Positions 13,054 to 22,998 of a DNA stretch of 64,000 nucleotides are shown in pieces. The stretch is from an uncultured delta proteobacterium (lineage in GTDB: Bacteria; Desulfobacterota; Binatia; UBA9968), in the NCBI GenBank assembly GCA_963745835.1, contig CAVUZH010000019.1, forward strand, positions 352,001 to 416,000, in the 5' to 3' direction. Made by a program: the position numbers and the translations under genes. The notes under the pieces are model-generated. The model was not told the origin of the DNA. It made no database searches and was given only the letters and a program-made list of their open reading frames with translations. Every line of letters starts with the position of its first letter. The stretch's first letter is position 1.

Positions 13054-13827
13054 ATGCGCATGATGTTTCTGAACCACTCTTTTAAACGTCACTCCGCCGA
13101 GCTTGAGACTCATATCCAGCGACTTCTGAAAAGCTACGCCTCGCCCGAGACCACCTTTGAGCTCGCCTATCCCGAAGATCTTGGCGGCGGTGAAGTACTG
13201 AGCCTACTGGAACAGGGAAAGGCACTATCAGGGCTGCACCACATTCTGGAAACACCCGCTTTGGTCAAAAAAGCCATCGAAGCCGAGCAACTACGATTCG
13301 ATGCGGTCATCCAGAGCAACACTTTCGATCCCGGTGTCGAAGCCAGCCGGCTTGCGGTGCGCATACCGGTCATTGGGCTGCTGCGCGCGTCGTTACATTT
13401 TGCAGCGACGATTTGCGACCGGTTCGGCCTGATCGTGCCGCTGCCGTCGCATATGCCTCATACCATGAGATTAGTGCAATCCTACGGCATGACTCGATTC
13501 GTAAGCGGTATCAAAACCGTGAACCTTTACGACACCGGTGACTTGTCCGGATATCACGATCTCGTCGTTGAACGGACCCTCGCCGTAGGACAAGAGCTTG
13601 TTGAACAAGGAGCCCAAGCGATTATTCCACTCGGGGGCAAGATTTACCCATACGTTGTAACGCCAGAAGAGCTAGGGCCCAAACTCGGTGTGCCGATCAT
13701 CAATACCAAAGCCGTCGGCGTGAGCTATGCCGAACTGATGGTCAGATGTCGAATCACACACAGCCAACGTGCCTATCCATGGTCGGCCGGGCTAAATCCC
13801 GAGAACGTGTCTATGCGCCAGCAATAG
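13054..13827 (+). CDS. Asp/Glu/hydantoin racemase-family protein
   Basis: FDAVI..FDPGVEASR..VRIPVIG, GAQAII, GVPIIN fold pattern. Confidence 0.75.
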   Translation: MRMMFLNHSFKRHSAELETHIQRLLKSYASPETTFELAYPEDLGGGEVLSLLEQGKALSGLHHILETPALVKKAIEAEQLRFDAVIQSNTFDPGVEASRLAVRIPVIGLLRASLHFAATICDRFGLIVPLPSHMPHTMRLVQSYGMTRFVSGIKTVNLYDTGDLSGYHDLVVERTLAVGQELVEQGAQAIIPLGGKIYPYVVTPEELGPKLGVPIINTKAVGVSYAELMVRCRITHSQRAYPWSAGLNPENVSMRQQ

Positions 13828-13984
13828 CTCCTTGGTATGATCAACAGGCCAATGATTGATTGTTGCATTGCACAGTTAACAGTTCAAAAGGAAGGAAGAC
13901 ACCTCTGTTGAAATCACGACACCCCAGGCCTGCGAAAACCATCGCATCATTTCACATGGCAGTGTCGCCGGCGGAGGATAGATT

Positions 13985-15079
13985 ATGATTATCGACGCTG
14001 ATGGGCATTTCTTCGAGACCGAAGAGATTTTCGAAAGATACATGGAGCCCGACCTGCGAAACTATCGGCCTCGCCTTCTGAGCGACGAAGACGGCCACAA
14101 TTTCTGGGTGGTCGACGGGCAGACATCTTACAAGCGACCATCGATCAAGGGAGCTGGCGCTCCGGGCACCGCAGCGCCTCCCGGAAAAAAAATCCAGTCG
14201 GCGCGCCGCGCTTCCGCCGGCAGCCAGACGTTAACTAACATAAAGGAGCGGCTCGATGACTTGGACAAAGAGGGTATCGACATCCAATACCTCTACCCGA
14301 GTTTTTTGCTCCACATCAATGCATTGGCCGACGGCATACTAGCGATGGGGGTGTGCCGTGCCTACAACACTTGGCTGGCGCAGGCTTGCCGGAAGGCGCC
14401 GGATCGGCTGAAAGGGATCGGCGTGGTTTCTCTACAGAATGCTCATGGCGCGGCAAAAGAATTATCGCGCATCAAAGATCTGGGCATGACCGCCGTGATG
14501 ATTAACGGCACTGCCGGCAGCAAACGGCTGGACCATCCGGATCACGATCCATTCTTTGCCGAAGCGAACCGCCTGAACCTACCCATCGCCGTTCACTTCA
14601 GCCTTCAATTTCCAGTGGTCGACAAGCTCTTTGAGCATCATTTTCCCAACCGTGTACTGGCGGGTATTTTCCCAATCATGGCGGGCCTTACCAGCGTGTT
14701 TTGTTCGGGTTTGCTGGACCGCTTCAAAAAAATCAAGTTCGCGTTTCTTGAAGGCGGCATCAGCTGGGTGCCTGCCCATGTCGAGCGCATGGATGATCAC
14801 TTTGAAAACCCGCGCTATGGCGCGCGGGACCTGATTAGCCATCCACCGAGCGAATACTTAAAATCGGGACGGATATTCTTTGGCTGTGAGGGTAACGAGC
14901 CCTTTCTGCCCCGGGTTATAGACGATCTTGGCGAAGACTTACTTATGTTTTCTTCCGATTATCCCCACGCCGACCGCACCGAAGGGACCGCAGGTTATCT
15001 AAAAAACCGCAATGATATTTCTAAAGTCGCGCGGCAAAAGCTGCTGGCCGATAATGCCCAGCGTTTTTACGGTATATGA
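13985..15079 (+). CDS. amidohydrolase_2 family (decarboxylase/hydratase-like)
   Basis: IIDADGH, CRAYNTW, FLEGG, FSSDYPH, NAQRFY. Confidence 0.9.
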   Translation: MIIDADGHFFETEEIFERYMEPDLRNYRPRLLSDEDGHNFWVVDGQTSYKRPSIKGAGAPGTAAPPGKKIQSARRASAGSQTLTNIKERLDDLDKEGIDIQYLYPSFLLHINALADGILAMGVCRAYNTWLAQACRKAPDRLKGIGVVSLQNAHGAAKELSRIKDLGMTAVMINGTAGSKRLDHPDHDPFFAEANRLNLPIAVHFSLQFPVVDKLFEHHFPNRVLAGIFPIMAGLTSVFCSGLLDRFKKIKFAFLEGGISWVPAHVERMDDHFENPRYGARDLISHPPSEYLKSGRIFFGCEGNEPFLPRVIDDLGEDLLMFSSDYPHADRTEGTAGYLKNRNDISKVARQKLLADNAQRFYGI

Positions 15080-15214
15080 GATTCGTGGCGTGTTTAGATC
15101 GGGCTTCAACCATTCAGCTGCGATCGGAGATATGGTCGTGCAATGCAAATATCTAAATTTGACTGAAGCGAATATCAACCGGCACGTCTAATCATATATA
15201 AGGAGGAGAAAAAT

Positions 15215-15631
15215 ATGAAAAAACAGATATTTAAATTGGTTGTAGTCGCTGTCACTGCCTTATTCTTTGGTGGTATCGCCAGCGCGCAGGACACGAAATC
15301 CGGAAAAACCGGCAAATCGTCGGCGGACTCTCAAACGATGGAGAAATCGACCAAGGCGAAATCGGGGACAGCAACCGGCGAGGTCACCTCTGTGGATGCC
15401 AAGTCGGGGCAGCTGACTGTCAAGGCCAAAGGTAAGGACCTCGATTTGATGGCCGAGTCCAAGTCTGCCAAGAACGCGCTGGGTAAGGTAAAGATAGGCG
15501 ATACTGTCCAAGTTACCTACACCGACAAGGACGGCAAGATGGTTGTCAGCTCGGTGAAAGCCGAGTCCAAGGGCATGAGTAAATCGGAAGAGAAAACGTC
15601 CGGCACAAAGGCTGAAAAGAAACAACCTTAG
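15215..15631 (+). CDS. small secreted Lys/Ser-rich OB-fold-like protein
   Basis: AAGGAGG RBS, signal peptide ending ASA-Q, GEVTSVD...VKIGDTVQVTY. Confidence 0.75.
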   Translation: MKKQIFKLVVVAVTALFFGGIASAQDTKSGKTGKSSADSQTMEKSTKAKSGTATGEVTSVDAKSGQLTVKAKGKDLDLMAESKSAKNALGKVKIGDTVQVTYTDKDGKMVVSSVKAESKGMSKSEEKTSGTKAEKKQP

Positions 15632-15655
15632 CTTGGTTTGTCGGCAGTTCTTAAG

Positions 15656-15687
15656 GGGGTAGCCGACGGATCGGCTACCCCTTTTTT
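15656..15687 (+). terminator. rho-independent terminator
   Basis: GGGGTAGCCGA-CGGA-TCGGCTACCCC followed by T6. Confidence 0.9.
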
Positions 15688-15817
15688 GTTCGTTTTCAAA
15701 CCTTTATAGGACCAGCGGACGAGGCTCATACCTGCCGAGGAGCTTATTGCTTTCAAGGTTCTTGTCTACTAGACTTTTGACTATAAGGCAGTAGCTGTTT
15801 GTGTCTCAAAAGGAGGA

Positions 15818-16006
15818 GTGGAGATGGACCTGCCGAAATGCCAAAAGTGTAACAACGGGATTTTGATTCCGTTATCCGACTATGGGCAGGATGGTGCTTC
15901 GGTGATGTTTAAAGCCTGGGCCTGTACCAATCCGGATTGCGGGTTCTCTTTGCGAGTAGATAAAGGTGAAGTGACTTACGGCAAGAGAATTGAGCCGAAG
16001 CATTAA
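15818..16006 (+). CDS. small zinc-ribbon-like protein
   Basis: AGGAGG RBS; CQKC...CTNPDC. Confidence 0.7.
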   Translation: MEMDLPKCQKCNNGILIPLSDYGQDGASVMFKAWACTNPDCGFSLRVDKGEVTYGKRIEPKH

Positions 16007-16052
16007 ACCACCTCCCCAATCCTCGATCAGCATATCTCTAGACGCTGCTATC

Positions 16053-16709
16053 TCATGCCGGCAAGCTTTGATTGAAACTTTGAATCGCCTTACCAAACAG
16101 TTCGCAGCCTCTCTTTAAAGCTTCTAAACATTTCTTTTGAGTTTTGTCGTCTGTGGCATAACGTCTGAGGATTTCAGGGGCAATCCACTCATGCCCCGCT
16201 TCGTCGGCAAGTAAGGTATCGCGGTAAACCGATGCGGTCTGCGGGTCGATGGATTCAACCCGTGCGATAAACGATTGTGAGGTTCTCGGGAAAAATTCCT
16301 CGTGACCGAATTGAACACTGGCGATCAACTCACAAAGCGACTCTAACGAAGCATGATAATCCCACAGTTCCTTTAGTTCTTTCAGTGGCTGATTCCAAAG
16401 CGCGTCGGGATCGCCATTCAATTCAGCAATTCTTTTGCGCAGGATGGACGTGTGTTTCAATTCATTGACCACATACTCGGACATGGGCTGTTGCAGATCC
16501 AGATCGGGAATTTGTCCAACCCAGCGGGCAGTGACTTCGGCGGCCTTGCGCTCCATGACCACGCCGAACTGCAGGCGCCGCAACACAATCGCCGGGCTGA
16601 GCGGCTTTTCCGCGCCGTAACTCTTCCGTTCGGCATTCATCTTCTCCCAGAACGCCTCCCGGCAACTGATTAACTCGGCAAGAAACTCTTCCGCTTTCAG
16701 AGCTTCCAT
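16053..16709 (-). CDS. ferritin-like / di-iron helical bundle protein
   Basis: Two ExxH motifs (NELKH, DEAGH) plus ER and EE helices; GGAGG RBS. Confidence 0.7.
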   Translation of the reverse strand: MEALKAEEFLAELISCREAFWEKMNAERKSYGAEKPLSPAIVLRRLQFGVVMERKAAEVTARWVGQIPDLDLQQPMSEYVVNELKHTSILRKRIAELNGDPDALWNQPLKELKELWDYHASLESLCELIASVQFGHEEFFPRTSQSFIARVESIDPQTASVYRDTLLADEAGHEWIAPEILRRYATDDKTQKKCLEALKRGCELFGKAIQSFNQSLPA

Positions 16710-16849
16710 TGGTTAGTTCCTCCGCAAATCGAGCGCATGCTAATTGACAGCAGGCGCGTTTTGGGTTTTAACTTACAGGAAATTCCGCCGCTGTAAAGGC
16801 TTCTTGTCCCAGGAAAATCTTGGTCGGCTGACAATCGAATGTAAACTGT

Positions 16850-17605
16850 ATGGAATCCCAAGAAGCTAAAATTTACGTCGACAACTTGTATAAGGACCTG
16901 TACGAGCACTGGGATCGCAAGATCAATCAAGGTCCATTCATGAGCCGACTGCGCGATGGCACTTTGCCATTGGCGTGCTTGCGGCGGTTTTTCAAAGATT
17001 GGGGGCTCTTCTCAATCGAAGTGGTGGCTTTGAACGCGGTATCTTATTACGTCCACTTACCTTTTTTCGTGCGCAATTATGATTTGTTGCCGGCCTTTAC
17101 AGATAAGATCGCCGAAGAGTTGGTTTCTCCCAAACCCCCGGGCCACACATTGATTCTGCTTGAAACAGCCAACGCGCTAGGGCTGTCCAAAGAAGAGCTC
17201 TTTGAGCAACCAGCGTCGGCCCCCGGGCGCGCAATCAGCGATTATTCACGGCGCGTATTTCAGGATGGCTCGATAATCGAGCTGTGGGGCGCCCATGTTT
17301 ATGAAGAAACGCTCGGACACTGGGCCAAGCAATGGGGCGAGGCCTTGGTATCGCATTACGGCCTGAGCCAACGGCAGGCGATTTATTTTACCGCGCACGC
17401 TGAAGCCGATCTGGTGCAGCATGAAGAGCACATGGGCCATGGGCCGCTAAACCGGATGATCCTGCAGCGCATCCTGGAACAAGGATTGACTGCAACTAAG
17501 CTCGGCTATGATCCAAAATACTGCGGTTTTACCATGGTCGATTTGCACGCTCTGATGGAATGGCACGCTTTGGAGAATCCGTATCAATCGGCCAATCCCG
17601 CCTAA
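16850..17605 (+). CDS. heme-oxygenase-like di-iron enzyme (CADD/PqqC/TenA fold)
   Basis: EE..(8)..H, HVYEE, YFTAHAEADLVQH ligand pattern. Confidence 0.75.
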   Translation: MESQEAKIYVDNLYKDLYEHWDRKINQGPFMSRLRDGTLPLACLRRFFKDWGLFSIEVVALNAVSYYVHLPFFVRNYDLLPAFTDKIAEELVSPKPPGHTLILLETANALGLSKEELFEQPASAPGRAISDYSRRVFQDGSIIELWGAHVYEETLGHWAKQWGEALVSHYGLSQRQAIYFTAHAEADLVQHEEHMGHGPLNRMILQRILEQGLTATKLGYDPKYCGFTMVDLHALMEWHALENPYQSANPA

Positions 17606-17692
17606 AGTTTTATCATCTGTGCTATGCCCTATCCGCAACATTTCACGTCGCGCCAAATTACTATCGCAATTGGTATTTAGAAAGCTGGTTGC

Positions 17693-18631
17693 GTGATCCG
17701 CGTCAGAGCGGTAGCGGTTGGGTTGCTTTTATCGTCGTGTTTTTTTTGTTTCCTTGCCGGCGCAGAGCCGCCCGGCAACTGGCAAATTCGCGCGCCATTA
17801 CCTTCATCTCGCACCGAAGTCGCCGCCGCCGAAATCGGCGGGAAAATTTACGTGATCGGCGGCTACGGCAAGAGTGGCAATTTGGTTGAAGCATACGATC
17901 CACAAAAAGATCGCTGGCATCGGCGCGCTTCGCTGCCCAAACGGCTACACCATACCGGCGCCGCGGCGGTGAACGGAAAGCTCTATATCATCGGCGGCTA
18001 TATCTCCGGCACGGGTCCGGTCGACACAGTTTACGAGTACGACCCGGCCGTCGATCGCTGGACGGCAAAAAAGCCGATGCCTGCGGCCCGAGGCGCGCTT
18101 GCGGTCGGCGTAATCGCAGGAAAGATTTTTGCGGTGGGAGGCGTAGGCCCGGACGGAAAGAACACTGCTGCCAATCAGGCCTATGATCCGCTTAGAGATC
18201 ACTGGACCCATCACGCACCGATGCCAACTCCCCGAGACCATCACGCCATCGCTGTTATCAATGGAAAACTTCATGCAATAGCAGGTCGCATCAACGGAGA
18301 TCACGATCGCAGCATCGGGGTTCATGGAGAATACGATCCGGCAACCGATGGTTGGAGTATTCGCCCGGCGATCCCGAGCATCAGAAGCGGGATTGCGGCG
18401 GCGACTCTCAACGGCAGAATTTTTATTTTCGGCGGCGAGTATGGCCGCAAGACACAGAACCGGGTCGAGTCCTTCGACCCGCTGAACAACCAATGGCAGA
18501 GCTGGGCGGACATGCCGACCGCGCGGCACGGACTTGGCGCCGTAGCCTGGGGAGAATCAATCTACGTCATCTCTGGCGGACCTAAGCCAGGAACAAGTTT
18601 TTCCTCGGCCAATGAAGTTTTTACCCCGTGA
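17693..18631 (+). CDS. secreted Kelch-repeat beta-propeller
   Basis: Six repeats of IYVIGG..E.YDP..W. Confidence 0.92.
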   Translation: MIRVRAVAVGLLLSSCFFCFLAGAEPPGNWQIRAPLPSSRTEVAAAEIGGKIYVIGGYGKSGNLVEAYDPQKDRWHRRASLPKRLHHTGAAAVNGKLYIIGGYISGTGPVDTVYEYDPAVDRWTAKKPMPAARGALAVGVIAGKIFAVGGVGPDGKNTAANQAYDPLRDHWTHHAPMPTPRDHHAIAVINGKLHAIAGRINGDHDRSIGVHGEYDPATDGWSIRPAIPSIRSGIAAATLNGRIFIFGGEYGRKTQNRVESFDPLNNQWQSWADMPTARHGLGAVAWGESIYVISGGPKPGTSFSSANEVFTP

Positions 18632-18664
18632 ATTAAGCTATGCAGCCGACGAGAGACGCAGCCA

Positions 18665-19678
18665 CTACTCTCCGGTGTTGAAGAAACTGAAAATCCGATA
18701 GGGTAGCCAATTGAGATCGCCGGGAAATCTTCCGGATACGAATCCAACATGACCGCCGGAATCTGGATATTCCAGAATGACACATGGGGAAACTTCTCCG
18801 GACTCCGGCAATACAGCAGCCGGAAGAAACGGATCGTTGCGCGCATTGAGTAGCAGAGTCGGAACGCGGATATGCGCCAGACGCCGTTTGCTGCTCGACT
18901 TGTCCCAGTAATCTTCGGCGCTATCGAAGCCGTGCACCGGAGCGGTAAAAAGATCGTCGAGCTGACGAAATGTTGATGCCGCGCGCACCCGTCGCAGATC
19001 AATTTTCAACTCGTGCCTAGCAACCTTGTACAGTGACTTCTGCTTGAGCGTTCTGAGAAAATAGCGCGTGTAGATCAGTTTACGACAACCGCGATCCAAC
19101 ACACCGGCAGCGGCTGCCAGATCTATCGGAGCTGAAACAGCCGCCGCTTTCTCGATAATCTCAAGCGCCCGGTCGCCCTGCTCGCCGAGCCACTTGAGCA
19201 GCACATTGCCGCCGAGCGAGACACCGATTGCGTGTATTTTCGCTCTCGGATTGTTCTTTTTAAGCCGCCGGAGAATCCAGTCGATCTCGCTCGAATCGCC
19301 TGAATGATAGGCGCGCACCAGGCGGTTGTGCTCGCCACTGCAGCCGCGAAAATGCGGTATCACGCCGCGCCAACTTCGGCGCCCTGCATAATTCATCAAG
19401 CTTTGAGCGTAGTGACTGCTGGAACAGCCTTCCAGCCCATGAAAAAGCACTAGCAGATTCGCGCTGCCGTCGCTGGAATCGAGCCAATCGAGATCGATAA
19501 AATCGTTATCGGGAGTTTCCCAACGTTCGCGCCGCAGGCAGAGATGCGTCTCGCGCTTGAGAAAGTAAGCATAGAGGGTCTGCAGATGACCGCCCGGCAA
19601 CCACCACGGCGCCCGGTATTCTCTGAGCCTATTCTCTCCGAACGAAAATTTTGCGGAGTCACGCCAGTCAGTTTCCAT
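18665..19678 (-). CDS. YheT-family alpha/beta hydrolase
   Basis: GHLQT, FHGLEG, GVSLGG, NARNDP, GGHVGF; start placed at METDW. Confidence 0.9.
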   Translation of the reverse strand: METDWRDSAKFSFGENRLREYRAPWWLPGGHLQTLYAYFLKRETHLCLRRERWETPDNDFIDLDWLDSSDGSANLLVLFHGLEGCSSSHYAQSLMNYAGRRSWRGVIPHFRGCSGEHNRLVRAYHSGDSSEIDWILRRLKKNNPRAKIHAIGVSLGGNVLLKWLGEQGDRALEIIEKAAAVSAPIDLAAAAGVLDRGCRKLIYTRYFLRTLKQKSLYKVARHELKIDLRRVRAASTFRQLDDLFTAPVHGFDSAEDYWDKSSSKRRLAHIRVPTLLLNARNDPFLPAAVLPESGEVSPCVILEYPDSGGHVGFVSGRFPGDLNWLPYRIFSFFNTGE

Positions 19679-19683
19679 ATTGG

Positions 19684-19826
19684 AAAAATTCGAAATCCGA
19701 AGCTCGAAATCCGAAACAAACCAAGCCAATCAACTCGCGTCACAATTTTGAAGCCGAAACCGCTAAATTTGGAGGATTCGAATTTTGAACATTCGAATTT
19801 GTTCGAGTTTCGGATTTCGAATTTTT
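19684..19826. repeat. long imperfect inverted repeat built of 7-nt CGAAATC units
   Basis: AAAATTCGAAATCCGAAGCTCGAAATCCGAAACAAA ... TTTGTTCGAGTTTCGGATTTCGAATTTTT; related copy at 29695-29830. Confidence 0.8.
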
Positions 19827-19859
19827 ATTTTTTCCGGCCAGCTTGTTGCTTTCGCGCGA

Positions 19860-22818
19860 TCATTTTCCCGACTTCGGCAACGTCGCTGGCGGCACGAAAC
19901 CATGGCGCAGCGTGTTCTCGGAGATGGTTCTGGGCTCGAGAAACTGCAGTAGATAATCCGGCCCGCCTGCTTTCGATCCGATGCCGGACAGCTTGAGTCC
20001 GCCGAACGGTTGGCGCTCCACCACTGCGCCGGTGATGCCGCGATTGACGTATAAATTGCCCACCCGGAATTCCTTGCGCGCCAGTTCAATATGCGCCGGG
20101 GAGCGGGAAAATACCCCACCGGTCAGGGCGAAAGAGGAGCGGTTGGCAATCTCGAGCGCGTCCTCGAAGTTCCGTGCTCTGATGATCGAGAGCACCGGAC
20201 CAAAAATCTCTTCCTGAGCTAACCGGCTCTGCGGCGCGACTTCGCTAAAAATTGCCGGGCCGACAAAGAAGCCTCCTTCCGGCGCGGCCATGTGGAGCGC
20301 GCATTGCGCCTCCTTGATACCGACGTCAATGTAATTCTCAATGCGTTCTTTGGCCTCAGCATCGATCACCGGTCCGATAAAATTGCGCGGGTCTGCCGGT
20401 GGGCCGATCTTGAGGCTTTTCACCGCTTCGATGATCCGCGACAGCAAGCGATCGTGCACCTCGTTGAGCAGAATAATCCGCGATGCGGCCGAGCATTTCT
20501 GGCCCTGATAGCCGAACGCCGAGTCGATAATGTGAACAACGGCCTCATCGAGATCGGCGTCGTTATCAACGATCACGGCGTTCTTGCCGCCCATCTCGCA
20601 TACCACTCGCTTGACATGAGTTTGGCCCGGCTTGAGTCGTATAGGCCTGCTTTAATATTTCCAGCCCCACTTCCCGCGAGCCGGTAAAAGCAATGGCGTG
20701 AATACTCTGCTGGCGCACGAGATGCGCTCCCAGAGGGCCGCCGCCTTGAAGCAAGTGACACGCCGGCCGGGGCAATCCCGCTTCACGTAAAATATCGAGC
20801 AGATGAGCGGCCATTAGTGGTGATTGCTCGGCTGGCTTCATGATCGCGCAGTTCCCGGTCACCAGCGCAGCGGCGGTCATGCCAGTGAGAATGGCCAAAG
20901 GAAAATTCCAAGGCGCAATGATCGCGGCGATGCCCCTGGGCTCGTATAGATAGACATTGCTCTCGCCGGCGAGATGTTGCGTGATCCGCGGTTGGGCCAG
21001 CCGGAGCATCTCGCGGGCATAATATTCGAGATAATCGATCGCTTCGATGACATCGCCATCTGCTTCACGCCAGCCCTTACCGACCTCCAAGACTTCCGAC
21101 GACGCGAGCTCCAAACGTTTGCGCCGCATGATTTCCGCCGCACGCAGAAGAACCTCGGCGCGTTTTTTGGCAGGCGTGGCGCGCCACTTCGGGAAAAAGC
21201 CGGTTGCCGCATCGATAGCCTCGTCGGCCTCTTCTGTGCTGGCTATCTTTACTCGGCCAACAACTTCCTTAGGATTGGCCGGGTTTAGCGACTCTAACCA
21301 TTCGCCACTGCGTGCCGCTTTCGTCTGTCGTTCGATTCGCTCGCTGGTGGCCTGCAGCGCACTGTAAAATTGAGCCCGGTTCTCCGGACGCGCAAAATCG
21401 ATGGCCGGCTCATTGCGAAAGGGCGAAGTTTCGCCCGGATGAGCCGATTGCGGATGACTCGGAGCGGTTCGAGCCGTCGCATTAGGCGCAGCGATCAGAG
21501 TCTCGATGTCCTTCTTATCGGCATAGGTCTGCCGTAGGAAAGAAGTATTCGAAGTGTTCTCCATCAGGCGGCGGATCAGATAGGACATTCCCGGAAGCAG
21601 CTCGCCGACTGGAAGATAGACACGAACCCTCTGGCCATTTTCGATGATCGCCCGGCGAAACGGTTCGGCCATGCCGTAGAGCATTTGAATTTCATAGCCG
21701 TTGGGCGGCACACCCAGATGATTGGCTGTGACAATCGCATGGGCGAGACTACGCAGGTTGTGGCTGCCGAAAGCGGCATCGACGACGTCATGGCTTTCCA
21801 GCAACAAGCGGCTAAGCCGTTCGTAATTGGCATCAGTTTCCGTCTTAGCTAAGAATACCGGAACGGGCCAATTTTTCTGCTGCGCCCATGCTACCTCGCT
21901 GTCCCAATAGGCTCCTTTAACCAGTCGAACGCCGATGCGCCGGCCGCGCTGTTTGGCCCAGCCAATCAAATCGGCCAAATCGCTCCCGGTGTCGCGCAAA
22001 TAAGCTTGAACCGCCAGCCCCACTCGGGGCGACTCTGCAAACTCTTCCTCTTCAAGGAGCGCCCGGAATATTTGAAACGTAAGCGGCTTAAACGCGTACT
22101 GTTCCATATCGATGGTTATGGCGGCATCGAGCCGCGCTGCTTCGCGCAGGATCGAACGTAACCGCTGCCGCACGATGACTTCAGTCTCGGGATCGAGCGG
22201 ATCGAAGCGTGCGCACAATGAAGAAAGCTTGACCGAAAGGTTGACCCGGGGAATCGCTCCAGACGGCGACTCATCGATTTGCGGCCGTGTCGGCCATGCC
22301 GCCGCTGCTGCCGACAGACTGCGGAGCAAATTCAGATAACGGTTCTGCATCGCAACAGCTTCGCCATCGCTGACTGTGGCCTCGCCGACCACGTCCAGGG
22401 TAAAGGCGGCCGGTTCTGCTCTGAGCCCGGAAAGAATCGGGATCAGTTCGTCAGCCTGCTCTTCAGCGATGAAGCGTCGGGCAAAACTCACAACATTGCG
22501 GCGCACCACCGGAGCAACCCATCTACCGGCCTGGAGCGCTTGGGCGACATAGACCAGCCCGCCTAATGCGTGGTCCACCCGGGCGAAGTATTCTTCCAAG
22601 TGCCGGCCGATTTCCGTCGAAGATTGCAGGCTCGGCAATACGTCGACAAAGCGGAACAAAGCAGTGCGTAGCGAATCATCTTCCAGCGACCAATCGATCA
22701 TTCGACCCAACAGATCGCGGGCTTCGAAGATGGACGGCTTGTGTTCTGCGGCCTTCCGGTAAAGTGATCGGGCCAGTGTCTGAACCGCTTGCTCGGTGGT
22801 GTTCGGTCGGGTTGTCAT
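19860..22818 (-). CDS. putA: bifunctional proline dehydrogenase/P5C dehydrogenase, one-base frameshift near 20632
   Basis: RLVKGAYWD, YLIRRLMEN, AFTGS, EMGGKN, GQKCSA, EEIFGP; removing one A restores TQPGQTHVKRVVCEMGGKN. Confidence 0.9.
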
Positions 22819-22998
22819 CTCATTTGTAAATGATAGCTGAATCGCGGGCGATCAAGTGACCGCCGCTGTTTGTGTTTCTGTAGAACATCATAATACGATC
22901 GCGGCCAGCGGTGAAAGTCAGCTCGCCGATCGCGTGTTTTTTCTGCGCCAACGAAGTAAGAACGTATGTCGTGAGAGCACCGTAGAATAGATCAACGA

